DNA from: Octopus vulgaris
Taxonomy: Eukaryota
Assembly: GCA_951406725.2 (NCBI GenBank)
Contig: OX597814.1
Location: 35,650,001-35,714,000 of the forward strand
Length of the DNA stretch: 64,000 bases
Direction of reading: 5' to 3'
In this document: piece by piece, positions 1-13,489 of the stretch
Numbering within the stretch: position 1 is the first letter of the stretch
How the letters are laid out: each line of letters starts with the position of its first letter
Position numbers and translations under genes: made by a program
The notes under the pieces: model-generated
The model's database searches: none
The model's input: the letters and a program-made list of their open reading frames with translations, nothing else
What the model was told of the DNA's origin: nothing

Positions 1-374
1 GTATCACCATAGAAAGAACAAAATTTTTTTGTATTCTGAGTGATTTCCATTTACATTTGGTTACCTAACCTTTTGTTGTTTACAAATTTGTTAAAATACG
101 ATAAACAAACAAAATAAAATAAAATACTGGGTTGATGTAAGCATCTGAAACTCTTGTAGACAGTGCCAAAGTAATGATCATTGTCCAATAACTAAAAACT
201 AGTCAAAGAAAAGTAAAAGAAGAAGAATATAGTTATTTTCGGTGATAAGCTCAAATACTGCCAAAAGCTAAATGAAGTTATAAAGAAAACTTTGAAGCTA
301 TTCCTCCAGTTAAATCAAAATTAATCAACATACACACACAAAAATTGTCCTCCCCCCCCCCAAAAAAAAAGTTC

Positions 375-590
375 TGGGCCATAGACTCATAAAGCTAGTT
401 TATATACTCATTCTCTGGATAAGACACCAGCCTCTTGCAGGATTATGCATTTTTGCCAGCTGAGTGAACTGAAGCAACATGAAATAAGGTGCTTGCTCAA
501 GAACACAACACATTACTTGGTTCAGGAAACGAAATCACAATCTTACAATCATTGATGCAGTGCCTTAACCATTAAAGCACATGTTTCCAC
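375..590 (-). mobile_element. Degenerate tRNA-derived SINE (family D)
   Basis: Aligns by eye with 4560-4812; the minus strand has a tRNA-like head (tggttaagg...gatttcgtttcc). Confidence 0.55.
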
Positions 591-620
591 ATATATACAT
601 ATGTGTATGTGTGTTTGTGA

Positions 621-682
<62 letters not shown>

Positions 683-684
<2 letters not shown>

Positions 685-2179
685 TTAAAATCACAATAAG
701 GGTGAAAAAAATTGAATATTAATTAATAACTTCAATTTAAAACACCAAGTGTTCTAGCATATAAGAACTGGGATACAGTAAAAATTATTAATACAAATAA
801 TTATTATTTGTATATATATATATATTATATTAAATTAGAGATAAAACTACTGTTAGGCAATTCAAGCAGTGAAAAACATAAGCCAATACATAAAATTAAT
901 TTAAAAACATTAAAGTTAAAAATAAGAAATTATTTAAATAATTTAAACTTATAAATTTTATATATATATACAAATATATATATATATGTATGTATGTATA
1001 ATTTTATATTTATATATTAATTTAATTAATTAATTAATTTATTTATTTATTTATTTTTTCTTATAATTAAAATTAGATAAACTTTGATAAACTTAGATAT
1101 GTTTCGACTAAAGATTGGTCCAGGCCATGTCTAACTTAATAGCATAACTTAGTTATTGTCTTTTTAAATTGATATTCGCTAGTTATTCCCATTGATAATT
1201 ATATTTATAGTATTTATAATATTTATTCGATACTAAATAACTACGAATTGATTATTTCTATAAGTATTTTAAATAAGATTTCCGAAAGTTCATTTAAGTT
1301 TGTTTGTTTGTATTTTTGAAATTAGCTATTTCATCTTTAAATCTGAAAAATTAATTTATTAGGTCTTTATTATATGTGAATATATATTTATTTATAGAGA
1401 TTATTTTAGATCTTAATTATAATATTTATATACATTTATATATTTTCATTGTTAATTTATATATAATATTTTTTTTTTAATATTTATGTAATTAGATATA
1501 GACTATAACCGATATTAGATTATTGGTGGGTTTCTTACCTTATAAATTAAAATTAATATTTAACATTATAATCGATTTTGATATAATCATAATTGTTAAG
1601 TTTTAAGTTTCTAGTTTGATAATAGAGTTTATTATAAGTAAAATTATTATATTATTTATATCTTAAAAATATTGTTTAAATATTTCTGATTATTTAAAAA
1701 ATATTTCAATTAACCTGAAGATTGACTGTAACCATAACTTGAATTATTAATTGAATTTGAATTAATGATATTCGAATTGGTACAGCCATGAAACGATCGT
1801 AGTGTTTTACTCTTTATCTTTTATTAAACTTTTACTACTTTTGATATTAAAAAAAAAATAAATAAATAAATAAATAAATTAATTAATTAATTAAAATAAT
1901 ATATAAATATAAAAATATACATACATACATATATATATATATTTGTATATATATATAAAATTTATAAGTTTGAATTATTTAAATAATTTCTTATTTTTAA
2001 CTTTTATATTTTTAAATTAATTTTATGTATTGGCTTATGTTTTTCACTGCTTGAATTGCCTAATAGTGGTTTTATCTCTAATTTAATATAATATAATATA
2101 ATATATTTATACTATAAAATTGGATTTAATCCTAAATCTAATTTTTCCCTGTAAGTTTGGATTTATTCCCTAATATTAT

Positions 2180-2185
<6 letters not shown>
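683..2185. mobile_element. Fold-back AT-rich element in (TA)n with ~235-bp inverted arms and an internal hammerhead-like motif
   Basis: 823-1058 (taaattagagataaaactactgttaggcaattcaagcagtgaaaaacataagcc...) is the near-perfect reverse complement of ~1853-2090; (TA)n on both sides. Confidence 0.7.
1711..1804 (+). ncRNA. Type I hammerhead ribozyme-like motif (weak helix I)
   Basis: CTGAAGA at 1715-1721; helix II ctgta-acca/tgg-tacag enclosing hairpin attattaatt/aattaatgat; GAAAC at 1790-1794; palindromic helix III acgatcgt; GTA triplet at 1799-1801. Confidence 0.6.
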
Positions 2186-2210
<25 letters not shown>

Positions 2211-2285
2211 GTTAAGGCCTGAGAGTTTCATGCAACACACACATATACACACATATATATAATCAGTCAAACTGACAAATTCATA

Positions 2286-3090
2286 AGGCGTAGTTGTGTG
2301 GTAAGAAGCTTGCTTCCCTACCACAGATTCAGTCCCAATATGGGCAAGTGTCTTCTGCTATATCCTTGTGGGTGGATTTTGGTAGATTGAAACTGAAAGA
2401 GCCCTGTTGTATATATGTATATATGTGTGTGTGTCTTTGTGTCTGTTTTTGTCCCCTGCCATCACCATTTGATAGCCAGTGTTGGTGTGTTTATGCCCCC
2501 ATATCTTATCAGGACAACAAAAGGAACTAATAGGTTAAGTACTAGGTTTAAAAAAAGAGTCCTGGTGTTGATTTCTTCATTTTCTTCAAGGCGCAGGAGT
2601 GGCTGTGTGGTAAGTAGCTTGCTTACCAACCACATGGTTCTGGTTTCAGTCCCACTGCGTGGCAACTTGGGCAAGTGTCTTCTACTACAGCCTCGGGCTG
2701 ACCAAAACCTTGTGAGTGGATTTGGTAGACGGAAACTGAAAGAAGCTCGTTGTATATATGTATATGTATATATTTATGTGCGTGTGTATATGTTTGTGTG
2801 TCTGTGTTTGTCCCCCCCCAACATCACTTGACAAATGATGCTGGTGTGTTTACGTTCCCGTAACTTAGCGGTTCAGCAAAAGAGACCAATAGAATAAGTA
2901 CTAAGCTTACAAAGAATAAGTCCTGGGGTCGATTTGCTCGACTAAAGGCAATGCTCCAGCATGGCCGCAGTCAATTGACTGAAACAAGTAAAAGAGTAAA
3001 GAGTAAAGAGTAACTAAAACCCTTGAAGGTGGTGCTACAGCATGGCTGCAGTCAAATAACTTGAAACAAGTAAAAGAAACAAAAGAATAA
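2286..3090 (+). mobile_element. SINE family A: young copy (2590-3012) nested in an older copy
   Basis: Head ggcgcaggagtggctgtgtggtaag...ggtttcagtcccactgcgtggca, internal TA/TG microsatellite, 3' end gctccagcatggccgcagtc...gactgaaacaagtaaaagag. The older copy resumes at ~3013. Confidence 0.85.
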
Positions 3091-4559
3091 ATGCTAAATA
3101 TTTAGAGGTACAACAGTGACCTGCTCTGTTAAAATATCATTTTCATTAATCTCATTGGTTCTGTGATAGTCGTGGGCACTGCACCGCCTTTCTTTCTGAC
3201 TAAAGTATAAAAAAAATATCACGTGTTAAATTTTATCCTTCATCTCTTTCAATGATCGTTATTTCTAAAATTATTTCATATTTGGCAATATATGAAAATA
3301 CTTTCCACACACGTCTGAAACACAAGTTTTGCATTGCTAACTGAACAATATAGATTTGCAAACAATGATGTGTTATGAATGCTAAATAGTTATGTAATTC
3401 ATTAGGAGTTTATGATTGATTACTAAAGTTTTCCTGATAAGCCATTTTGCATTCAAGTAGCAAAACTGAACCATTCAACCATCAGCTATCTTCTCTTTAA
3501 GTAATGCTATTTACCTCTTGAAAATATTTCAGTATTTCATACCTACTTGTAAAAATTGACTAATTTGCTCAGATATAAGCCAAACAGAAAGAAATTAAGT
3601 GTAGCACTGCAGAACAAAGAAACCAAAAGCAGTAATCAGAAAATTGTTGAAAATTGAGAATTCTTGCAAATAGATAAAAATTAAATATGAATAAAATTAA
3701 ATAAAGAAGTAAAAACACAATGCTAGAAAGAAAGTGAGACAGAGAGAGAAGGTGAGAGAGATGAGGAGAGATGAAAATAGCTATTTTATCTGCAGATATA
3801 TTATTTACAACTATGTAGAATAGAATTCATTTAATCATGTTATATTTTATGAATGGATAGTTACTATGGCTAATATTGATTTCTTATAATAGCACATTTC
3901 AGTAAACTTCTAATGGAGTGGTGCAGAGTTAGTTGAATGGACCTCAATATAATACCGGTGTAAAAGAACCTCAGAGACAACCTCTACTAAGTCAAAAAGA
4001 GAGCTACTACCAGCCATTGAGGTTGTCTCTAAAAAATCACATATGCTGCCTCTGCCAAGCCAATAAGGCAAGTATCCACTTCTGATTGGAAATGGCCAGT
4101 TTAACCCAGTGAAGAAGCTTTGCCTCTGCCAGCCAATGTGGGAGCCTATATTGAGACAACAAAGGAAACTCTACTGAACCCATGTGATAGAGAATATGTT
4201 GTTATTAAACCTGCTAGAAATAGCAGCCAAATATTCCTCAGATTACATCCCATTATATCAAAAATTAAAGAATAATCTGGACAAAGTAAAAACTGATATA
4301 TAAAAATATACAAAATGGTCCTGGTTGAGATGTTTTTTATCATAAGTTATGGATCAGAGATAGTTTAAGGCTGAACAATGGTTGATATAAATTTCACCAA
4401 ATATAAAAATATTAAAGGCAAAGCTACAAAGTTAATCCTGTCTTGTTGTTAAACTCTGAATGTAGGGGAACAAAGCTAAATTCTAAATTAATTAAAGTAA
4501 ACAAGTGGAATGAATTATTTTGCAGTTAGGAGGAAGATGTTTCAGTCAGAACCCTTGCA

Positions 4560-4812
4560 GTAAAATAAAGTTCCTTCCCAAATCATATAGACTCATAGGG
4601 CTAGTAACCTGATTTTCATGGCCTATATAATCCCCACCTGGATGGGATACCAGTCCATTGCAGGATTACTCATTTTTGCCAGTTGAGTGAACTAGAGCAA
4701 TGTGAAATGAAGTGCTTTGCTTAAAAATGCAACACATCGCCTGGTCCAGGAATTGAAACCACAATCTTATGATCATGAGTCCAACACCCTAACCACTAAA
4801 CCATACACCTCC
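4560..4812 (-). mobile_element. tRNA-derived SINE (family D)
   Basis: Minus-strand head ggaggtgtatggtttagtggttagggtgttggactcatgatc...ggtttcaattcctggacc with A/B-box-like motifs; the same head appears at 63939-64000. Confidence 0.7.
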
Positions 4813-5742
4813 CTAGATGCTTGAACTTTATATGTTGATTAGCAAAGCTGACCTCAACAGAACTTGAACACACAGCTGAAACAGTTGATAAGTATTCTAT
4901 CTGACATACTAATGAGTTTACCAATTTGTTGCTGAGTTTTGGGTAAATGATATAATCAATTTAATGAAAATTATTTAATTGGCTAATACACATTGTGTCA
5001 ATCATCGAGAGATGAAATGCAAATGAAACTCAGCTGGATTTGAATTCAGTTCATAAAATGATGCAAATTAAATATTCTGAAATAATTTGTTCGTTGCTCT
5101 TCTATTATGGATAATTTTAATTTCCTTTGATTGAATGCAAAGCCAAGTAATGCAGAGGAAAGTATGGGTGACTGAATCAACCCATCTCTCTAATATCTTC
5201 AATAGACACTTCTAGCTGTTTCAGCTGTTTAGTCCTGAATCTGTTTTGACTGATCACACCTACGATGAAATGTATTCCAATCATGACAAACCAGTCATTT
5301 TTATGTGTGTGTGTAGGTGTGTGTGTGTGTAAGTGTGTGTGTGTTAGTGGTGCATCATAAATCTCCTATTTAATGTAATCTTTTTTAAAGATGTCAGGCT
5401 GTGATTTAATGGGAAACTTGGTTCCCTTGTAGGCTGAATAGTTATTTATCCTATTCAACCGAAAGGAATTAAAGAGAGAACAGGAAAAACAATCTGGACT
5501 CTGAATGCAAATAGAAGTTATAAAGTTCTATAATTTTTGCACAATTACCTCCCATGCCACCACCACAATATTCATAACTTCACAGACTGTTTGACATACA
5601 CACACTCTGTGAAGTTATAAATATTGGATTCTTACAAAAGCTTAAAACTAAAGTACAAAAATGTTTGGTATATATGGCATAGTTAATTGAATTGATCTGT
5701 GTAGACTACTGGAATATTCTTATGAGAGTCAAATACTAGTCT

Positions 5743-5896
5743 CTTGGCATTAGGAAGGGCATCCAGCTGTAGAAACACTGCCAGATCAGACTGGAGCCTG
5801 GTGCAGCCTCCTGGCTTCCCAGACCCCAGTCAAACTGTCCAAACCGTGCTAGCACAGAAAACAGACATTAAATAATGATGATGATGATGATGATGA
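5743..5896 (+). mobile_element. 3' fragment of RTE-tail SINE (family B) with (GAT)n tail
   Basis: ttggcattaggaagggcatccagctgtagaaac...gatgatgat, shared with the 3' end of the RTE LINE at 52985-53160. Confidence 0.8.
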
Positions 5897-6689
5897 TAGT
5901 TGGGAAGGAAACAATAGTGCCTATGATTGTTTATCCTTTTAGAGCCTCCATTACTGATGAGAGTAATGTATTCTTGAACTAGAGACTTGGCCCAGATGTT
6001 TGCTATGCAGTGAAAACTCTACAAAAGTACTTGAGGACCAGGTGGGGCTATTAAACCAAACACAGATTTTAATGTTAAGATCTTAAGGATCAGTGCATAA
6101 CTCCAAATTTGCAATATGTTAAGAAATAAATCTTATCCAGAATGGGGTACCAGATAACCTTAGATATCAAAGTTATATGAATGTAATAAACTTTGTCAGC
6201 CAGTATAGTATGTAAGAGATGATTTTCTTTTTTTTCTTCTTCTCTGGTGTTTAGCCCTGAGTCAGCCATGATCATACAAATCTATGATCAAACAACATTC
6301 TGTTAATGAATACCCTGTTCATTGTGCACATTAGATAGCATTATCTAATGTGTCCTTAATTTCTAAGACAGTAGGTGTAATTTGAGAGAATTGACTTCTA
6401 TTTCAAGCAGGTCAGTGTCTTGCAGAAGTAGATTTCTTTAATGAGAAAGTAGAAATACAATAATATATCCGCATGGGAATTTCAGGTCACAAATGGCAAG
6501 GTCAAAGACAAATCCACAGATACTTGTTTGTTACCAGGTTGAGTCAAAAGTTTTTTTCATATTTCAAGCTGTAATTAATAGTTCAAATAAATTACGTATT
6601 AAAAGTATTTATTCACCGAAATATATTCCATCTTATTCTATTTTCTATTATTGTGCCAGAAGCTATACCATTTGGCTGATTTAAAGGCA

Positions 6690-7600
6690 AAAATTTCCTT
6701 GCACCCTTTTGCAACCTCATCAACATTGTTGAACAACTCTCTATGCAGGAAATAAGCCATGGCTCAGAAAAGGTGGTAATCTGATGGTGCAAGGTCTGGA
6801 CTATAGGCAGGGTGAGGCAGCACTTCCAGCCCCTCAAGTTCCTTGAGTTTGTTTTCGGTTATATTGGTAGTGTTTACTGGGGTATTGTCATGCTCTAGAA
6901 GAGTGCATCTTTGACTGACAATTGCTGGGTAGTGGATTTTCAAAGCATCATATACACACTGGAGTTGTTGAGCAGAAAAGTTAGTGTTTACAGCATAACC
7001 ATCTAGGATAAGATCAAAGTGCAACACCCACTCAAAATTCCACCAATTAAACAACTTGGCCTTCTGTTCAAATTGCTCTTGTTTGATAACAGGTTCTGAA
7101 GTCTGCCTGGAATGAAGTTACTAAGTTTTCATATGATTACAAAAATAGATCTGTTTTACATCCTCAGTTATGATTCAATGCCAAAAAGAGACATCGCAAG
7201 GATTTGCCAGCAGTTGTCTGTAAATGTTCACACGTTGTTAAGCTTGGTCACTGGTCAGTTCATGAAGAGCTTCTTGACAATGTCTGTTCACAACTGAGCT
7301 TATGGAGGTGTTGACTGATGGTGCTTTGTGAAGGATCAACTTCTGCCAACACTGGACAACTGTTTGTGCTTGGCTGTTCTTCAACCATTTTAAGCGAGAC
7401 CTCATCTTCCATGACAGAAGGTTTCCCTGACCTTGGTTTCTCTTTGAGGCTGTCACTGAATCAGTGCTGTATCACACGTTCATTGATAGTTCCTTAGCCT
7501 TCCATGTCATTAATTTTTTTGCCATTGTTCTTAAATTCAATCCTTTTCTCCAAAGGCAGAATAAGATGCCTGTAATTGAAATTTTTTCACTATTTATTAT
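6690..7600 (-). mobile_element. Degenerate mariner (DD34D) transposase relic
   Basis: ORF 6764-7054 encodes LLEHDNTP...LPHPAYSPDLAPSDYHLF, containing the mariner YSPDLAPSD signature. Confidence 0.9.
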
Positions 7601-7668
7601 TGAAGCTGTAAAATAAAGAAAAAACAATTCAGCAATTATTGGTTAACAAGTATCAAATTAATGATATA

Positions 7669-8100
7669 ACATCATCATCATCATCGTCGTCGTTTAACGT
7701 CCGCTTTCCCTGCTAGCATGGGTTGGACGATTTGACTGAGGTCTGGCGAACCAGATGGCTGCACCAGACTCCAATCTTGATCTGGCAGAGTTTCTACAGC
7801 TGGATGCCCTTCCTAATGCCAACCACTCCAAGAGTGTAGTGGGTGCTCAAATGGTGCTTTTTTTGTGCCACCTGCACAGTAGCCAGTCCAGCGGCACTGG
7901 CAACAACCTCACTCGAATGTTTTTTTACGTGCCACCAGCACAAGTGCTAGTAAAGTGATGCAGGTAACGATCACGCATGAATGGTGTTTTTAATGTGTTA
8001 TTGGCTCGGAGGTCAGCTTGTTGCTCTGGCAATGATCTCACTCATATGGTTCTCTTAGTGCTCCACTAGCATGGATGCCAGTTATCGAATTTGATTTCGA
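7669..8100 (-). mobile_element. SINE family B
   Basis: (CAT)n followed by gtttaacgtccgctttcc...ctacagctggatgcccttcctaatgccaaccactcc and ~50-bp internal subrepeats. Confidence 0.85.
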
Positions 8101-8542
8101 GATACAAATTGCAAAAAAATTATCAGTGAATATCCAAAACATTTTTGAACTCAGTCTGGTAGTTCCTGCTGTTACTATTTTTATTCAACTCTAAATCAAA
8201 CATTATTTGACTTATCGTCAAAAGTCTTCCAACCATAACAATCTTGTCTTCAATGTAGTCCTACACTACATTATCTAATATATATAGATATAGACGATGC
8301 TACATGGTTATCAAGATCACTTTGCAATGATGTACTTTCAGCTTCAGTTGTATTGCATGGTGTATTGAGCAACATCTAACAATGTTCTGTGAGTGGAATT
8401 GGTAGATGGAAACTTACAGAAGCCTGTTACATACATGCATACATACATACAGGCAGACAGACAGACAATCAGACATACATACAGTCATACATACAAACAT
8501 AGATACATTCATACATACAGACAGACAGACATATATACATAC

Positions 8543-8573
<31 letters not shown>

Positions 8574-9944
8574 CAAACAAAGCTGAAGAGGCTTATCATG
8601 GATCCAAAATTTCTTTGAATATCACATCATATCCCTTCAGCAACATCTTTTAACCACCAAGTGTTGAAGTGCATCTCTTGACCAAGATTGTATACATGAG
8701 GCTGATAACATCATAAGACTTGGAAGGCAGCCCCTTCAGCAACATTCCTTGACTGAGAACCTTAAATACATGCCCAAAGAAGTCACACGACTCTATCACA
8801 ACGTATCATCAGATGAAAAGATGAGCCTATAAAGCTCCATGATAATAGTAACATCGATCATCAAAGCTGTTTATCATGGACCAATAGCTAGATTACTACC
8901 TCCCGTTTTAAAGGGTATATCTTTGCAATCCAGAAGCAGGAAATATCAACCAAATACTTGATGCACAAAAGGGATAGAGATGCAGGAAAAGCCATAAAAT
9001 GTGACAACTGATGCAGACTTTGTGGAGGTCACACTGAAGATATCACCCACTTCATAAGCAGTTATCTGAACGTTACGGTATTATCTACCGATAAGACATG
9101 ACGTTGTAGCTAGGACACTCTATAATGAAATCTGTCAGAAGAATAATCCTGAGAACAAAAATATAAGAACCCACAAAATGGTAGAAGCCATAGCCACACA
9201 TGATAAAAAGGAATACTGGTGGAATGTACCAGTGAAGACCACATACATACATACATACATACATACAGACAGACAGACATATATATACACACATATACAC
9301 ACACATACATATCTGCATGCATCCATACATACATATATGCATACATACAAATATACATATGCAAGTGTGTATATGCATGCAAATATATATGTATAAATGT
9401 TGATTCTGTGTGTGCTTATTAACACCATTTGATTAAAATGGTGACATTGTTTCATATTTTCTAATAATCAAATGTCTGATAGTTCAGCAAACAAGTGTAG
9501 ACCAGTGGAATGAAAATTGTCTTATTTGAAACTCAAGAAGCAGTTGCTGACAGGAAGAACATCTAACCACAGAACATTTGCCTCATTTGCCTCAGTAAGT
9601 TTCATCTAACCCATGCCAGTATAAGAAATTAGTCATAAAAATGATGGTGATAATAGCACACTTGTTTTTATTAGTGACTCTTGTTGCTTAAATCTAGTTA
9701 ATTTCTGAATGACATTCAGTTAATGGTTTCTAGCTATGACCTACACAATTACATTTTTTTTTTTTTCATATTTGAAGCAGGAGGAGAACAGCATGCCTGG
9801 GTCCTTACAGGGCCTTTATGACCCATGGAAGGAAGAAGGGGGTTATCCTCAAACTGCAAAACTCAGCCCTAACACTTGAAACAGAATGAACTGTGTTGAA
9901 GGCACTACCTTCTCCAGAACTATATTATCATGTATTCTTCTTAC

Positions 9945-10040
9945 CTCTTGAAGATGATAGTGCATAATTTGAGGAAAATTTGTTACTGCTTTTTGGCAAG
10001 TAGGGCAAACATATAGAGGACCTGTCTTTGCATTATTCAT
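9945..10040 (-). CDS. Candidate coding exon with zinc-finger-like CxxC...H motif
   Basis: ATG-initiated 32 codons MNNAKTGPLYVCPTCQKAVTNFPQIMHYHLQE ending at a strong phase-0 donor GAG|GTAAGA in non-repetitive sequence; no partner exon proven. Confidence 0.3.
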
Positions 10041-11408
10041 TTGTTATTGTTGTTGAAGTTAAAAATAAAAATTACTGCTGTCAAATTTATGTTAAATTTC
10101 TTTGATAAGCTGTCAAATTCTATCAGTTTCTTAATTCTCTACTTCGCTTTCTGTTCATATTGTCAACTTAAGGGACATTAAAAATGCAATAATTTCCCCC
10201 ATTCTTTCAATGATGTGCTACATTATATTAGTTGCATAATTTAGATAAATTTCAACCTTATATTTATACATGAAAGAATACTTAAATATTTCCTGTTCTG
10301 TTTCTCAAAACTTTAATTAAAACTCAACAAAGAAAATATCAAAATTCACATATTTTGTCTGCCAGTAAGCAGTTAAAAGAAGAGGGACCATTAATTTGAT
10401 TACTAATCATATAAACAATCATCATTTTCAACAATAGCAATAAGAATAACAACACAGATGGAAAAAATCACCTAAACATTCAATATTAATTTTGGATATT
10501 TCTGAGGAGAAGAATAATAATTTGAAACACAAACTAATAAACTAACAAACAAAATTACAACTTTCTACCAATATATTTCATTTCATTTTGTTTCCTTCCT
10601 TTTGAAAATTCATTTTAGCCAAAACTGAAATCTTTTTTAATACTAAGTCAGATCATTATCTGAATATCTATCAAAAATAGTAATTAACATATCTAACTAA
10701 ATTTAGAATCTGAGAAAGATCATAAATTAAAAATAAGCCACTTTGAAGTATAGAAATAAGAGAAATAGCAACAACAATTTGTTGCAAGAGAAAGAAAGTG
10801 AAAGTAAAGGAGGGAGGGGGGGGGGAGAGAGAGAGAGAGTGTGGAGAAGAAGAAAGTGTATTTTGAAGAATAAGAAATATTTACTGAGATTAATTCTTAA
10901 TACTTGTGTATGCACGTGTGTATATGTGTATGTATGTATGTATTATGTATGCATGCATCCATGTATGTATGTATATATCTATATATGTATGGACTATGTA
11001 TGTATATATGTATGTATGTGTATGTATATATGTGTATTCTAACACACACACACATGTAGATAGATGTAGATAGGGATAAGCATAACAGTTTAATTAAAGA
11101 GTTTCCTTCTCAGGCATATAGTTTTCGGTTCAGTCCTACTGTATGGCAGCTTGGGAAAAAGTCTCCTATTTAGGCCCCAACTCAAACAAAGCTTTGTGAG
11201 TGGATCCAAACTGAAAGAAGCCCTTGGTGTCTCTCTCTATCTCTTTCTTTCTCTCTCTCTCACTTTCTCTCTCTCTATCTATCTATCTATCTATCTATCT
11301 GTATATCTATCTATCTATCTATCTATCTATTTATCTGTCTATCTATACACATACATATATACACACACATACATACATACATACATACATACATACATAC
11401 ATACATTA

Positions 11409-11456
11409 GTCTTACAGCTGTTTCTGGGATATTAGGGATATCCCTTCATCAGAGAC
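11409..11456 (-). ncRNA. Type I hammerhead ribozyme
   Basis: Minus strand: gtct CTGATGA a gggatat-cct a-atatccc a GAAAC agct GTA agac (helix II loop approximate); helix I gtct/agac, 7-bp helix II, palindromic helix III acagctgt. Confidence 0.85.
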
Positions 11457-11677
11457 CATGTGAGATGGTTAAGTAGAGGGGAAATATTAGAGTTCAATGT
11501 AAGGAGTTATTTTGGAAAGAAAGAAGCCCATTGTATCTCTCTCGCTCTCACACACTCTCTCTATCTATCTTTCTACCAATCTATCTATACACATACATAC
11601 ATACACACACACACACACATACATACATACATACATACATACATACATACATACATACATACATACTTACAATATTA

Positions 11678-11725
11678 GTCTTACAGCTGTTTCTGTGATA
11701 TTAGGGATATCCCTTCATCAGAGAC
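11678..11725 (-). ncRNA. Type I hammerhead ribozyme (duplicate copy)
   Basis: Same as 11409-11456 with one helix II substitution; lies in a tandem duplication (~11213-11518 and ~11519-11788). Confidence 0.8.
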
Positions 11726-12222
11726 AATGTGAGATGGTTAAGTAGAAGGGAAATATTAGAGTTCAATACAAGGAGTTATTTTGGAAAAGGAGTATATAGG
11801 GAAATAGGAGAATGAATGTAGAAATAAAATAAAAATATATAAAGATGTTATAGTTGCAGTTCCTTTATCCAAGGAAAGTGATGTGTAGAAATGCTTCTTG
11901 TCCATGGTATGTAAATTCCAATAGGAGTTCATGCTTTGTCATCACAAATGGAAAGTGTGGATATATATATATATATATAGATATATATATGTTCTTGTAC
12001 CATTTTTTGTGTGTCCCACAAGAGGAGTCGATGTTCGATGTATCGAAACAACTGTTGTGATTAATAATATATTCTCATATACTCCATGTTCTGTCTTTTA
12101 TTAGTTATATATATATATATATATATATATATAGCACCAGGTGGTGCTATTAAGTTAGACATGGCCTGGGCCAATAATGGCCGAAACCTATCAAAGTATC
12201 AAAGTATATATATATATATATA

Positions 12223-13102
12223 CAGGGTGTGGTGAATAAACTGTTGTCTAAATTATGCAAAAATGAAAACAATGCTGCCATCTCATTTTAACAGATGTAT
12301 TTACTAAAATTACATGAAAATATCTTGAAATACTAAAGAGTAAATTTATTCAATAAAATCACCATTGGCTTCAAACACGGCCTCCTCCAGATGGCTTCGG
12401 AATCTTCTGTGACTCTCCTGGACAGTCATCTTGTTTAAGTTGGCGAATGTTGCCATTGTCCTTACCTTTAGTTCATCTTTGATGTTACAAGGAGTTTTGT
12501 TGGTCTCTTGCTCAACTGCACCCAACTCATAATAATCAGGTGGTTGCAGTCTGGAGAGTTATGTGGCTAGATGTTAGGGGTGAAGTGGTCGCAGAAATTG
12601 TCTGACAGCCATGACTGGGTTCTCCTGCTTGTGTGGCAGGGTGCAGAATCCTGTTGCCAGACATAGGGGCTTCCAGTAGCTACCTTCTTCACCCAGGGCA
12701 GCACTACCTCCTCCAGGCACCTGATGTAGGCTTCCTTGTTGAGTGTGAGGCCATGTTGAAAGATGAATGGAAGTATAACAATGTCATCACTAGTGATTAC
12801 TCCAAACACCATGATGTTGACCGGATGTTTGATTTATATCACTCTTGGTACGTGCACAGTCCTCATATTGACATCCAAACACTCTGAAATGTTTGTATTG
12901 GAGCTTCCAGCACAAATGTCAAGCAATACAGCATGTCGTTTCCATATTTCTGACAGAATGAATTGTATCATGGCACTGTTTTTCTCACAGACGGTACCCA
13001 ACTGACCCTACTATACTGTGTAGTCAACAAAATCAAAGACAAACAAAGCACATGCATGAAATATAAAATATAAAATGGCGACAATTTTCCCATCGTATCC
13101 TG
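12223..13102 (-). mobile_element. Internally deleted Tc1/mariner-superfamily element, maT/DD37D-like
   Basis: TA-flanked imperfect TIRs (cagggtgtggtgaataaa / tttcccatcgtatcctg); translation WQQDSAPCHTSRRTQSWL...NI*PHNSPDCN gives ~37 residues between the second and third catalytic D (third D frameshifted). Confidence 0.85.
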
Positions 13103-13489
13103 TATGTATGTATGTATGTATGTATATGTACCATTGCATGTGTGTGTGTATATATATATAAACACACACACATACTGTATGTATATATACTATATGTTTA
13201 CATACTATTGAACCTTAGGAGGGACATTATGCTAGTAATAATAAACACATGCTCTGATTTGGTCTTTTATTGTTCAGTATTGCAAACCAATTACAAATAT
13301 GAACTATGTATGTATGTATGTATGTATGTATGTATGTATGTATGTATGTATGTGTATATGTATAAGTGTACAATAGATAGGAAGGATCCGAGGGAATAAT
13401 TCCAAGGTAGCTAAATGTTGCTTAAGTGTCCTAGGAAACAATGGACACACTTGTGTGGATTTGAATCCGGGGGCAACCAAGAAGTATTT

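Noticed and set aside
5949-5968. CTGATGA motif
   Set aside because: It sits in a simple cattac/gtaatg hairpin with no GAAA box or helix III.
12015-12060. HHR-like cac-aagagga...GAAAC aact GTT gtg
   Set aside because: The CUGANGA core is absent; at best a dead relic.
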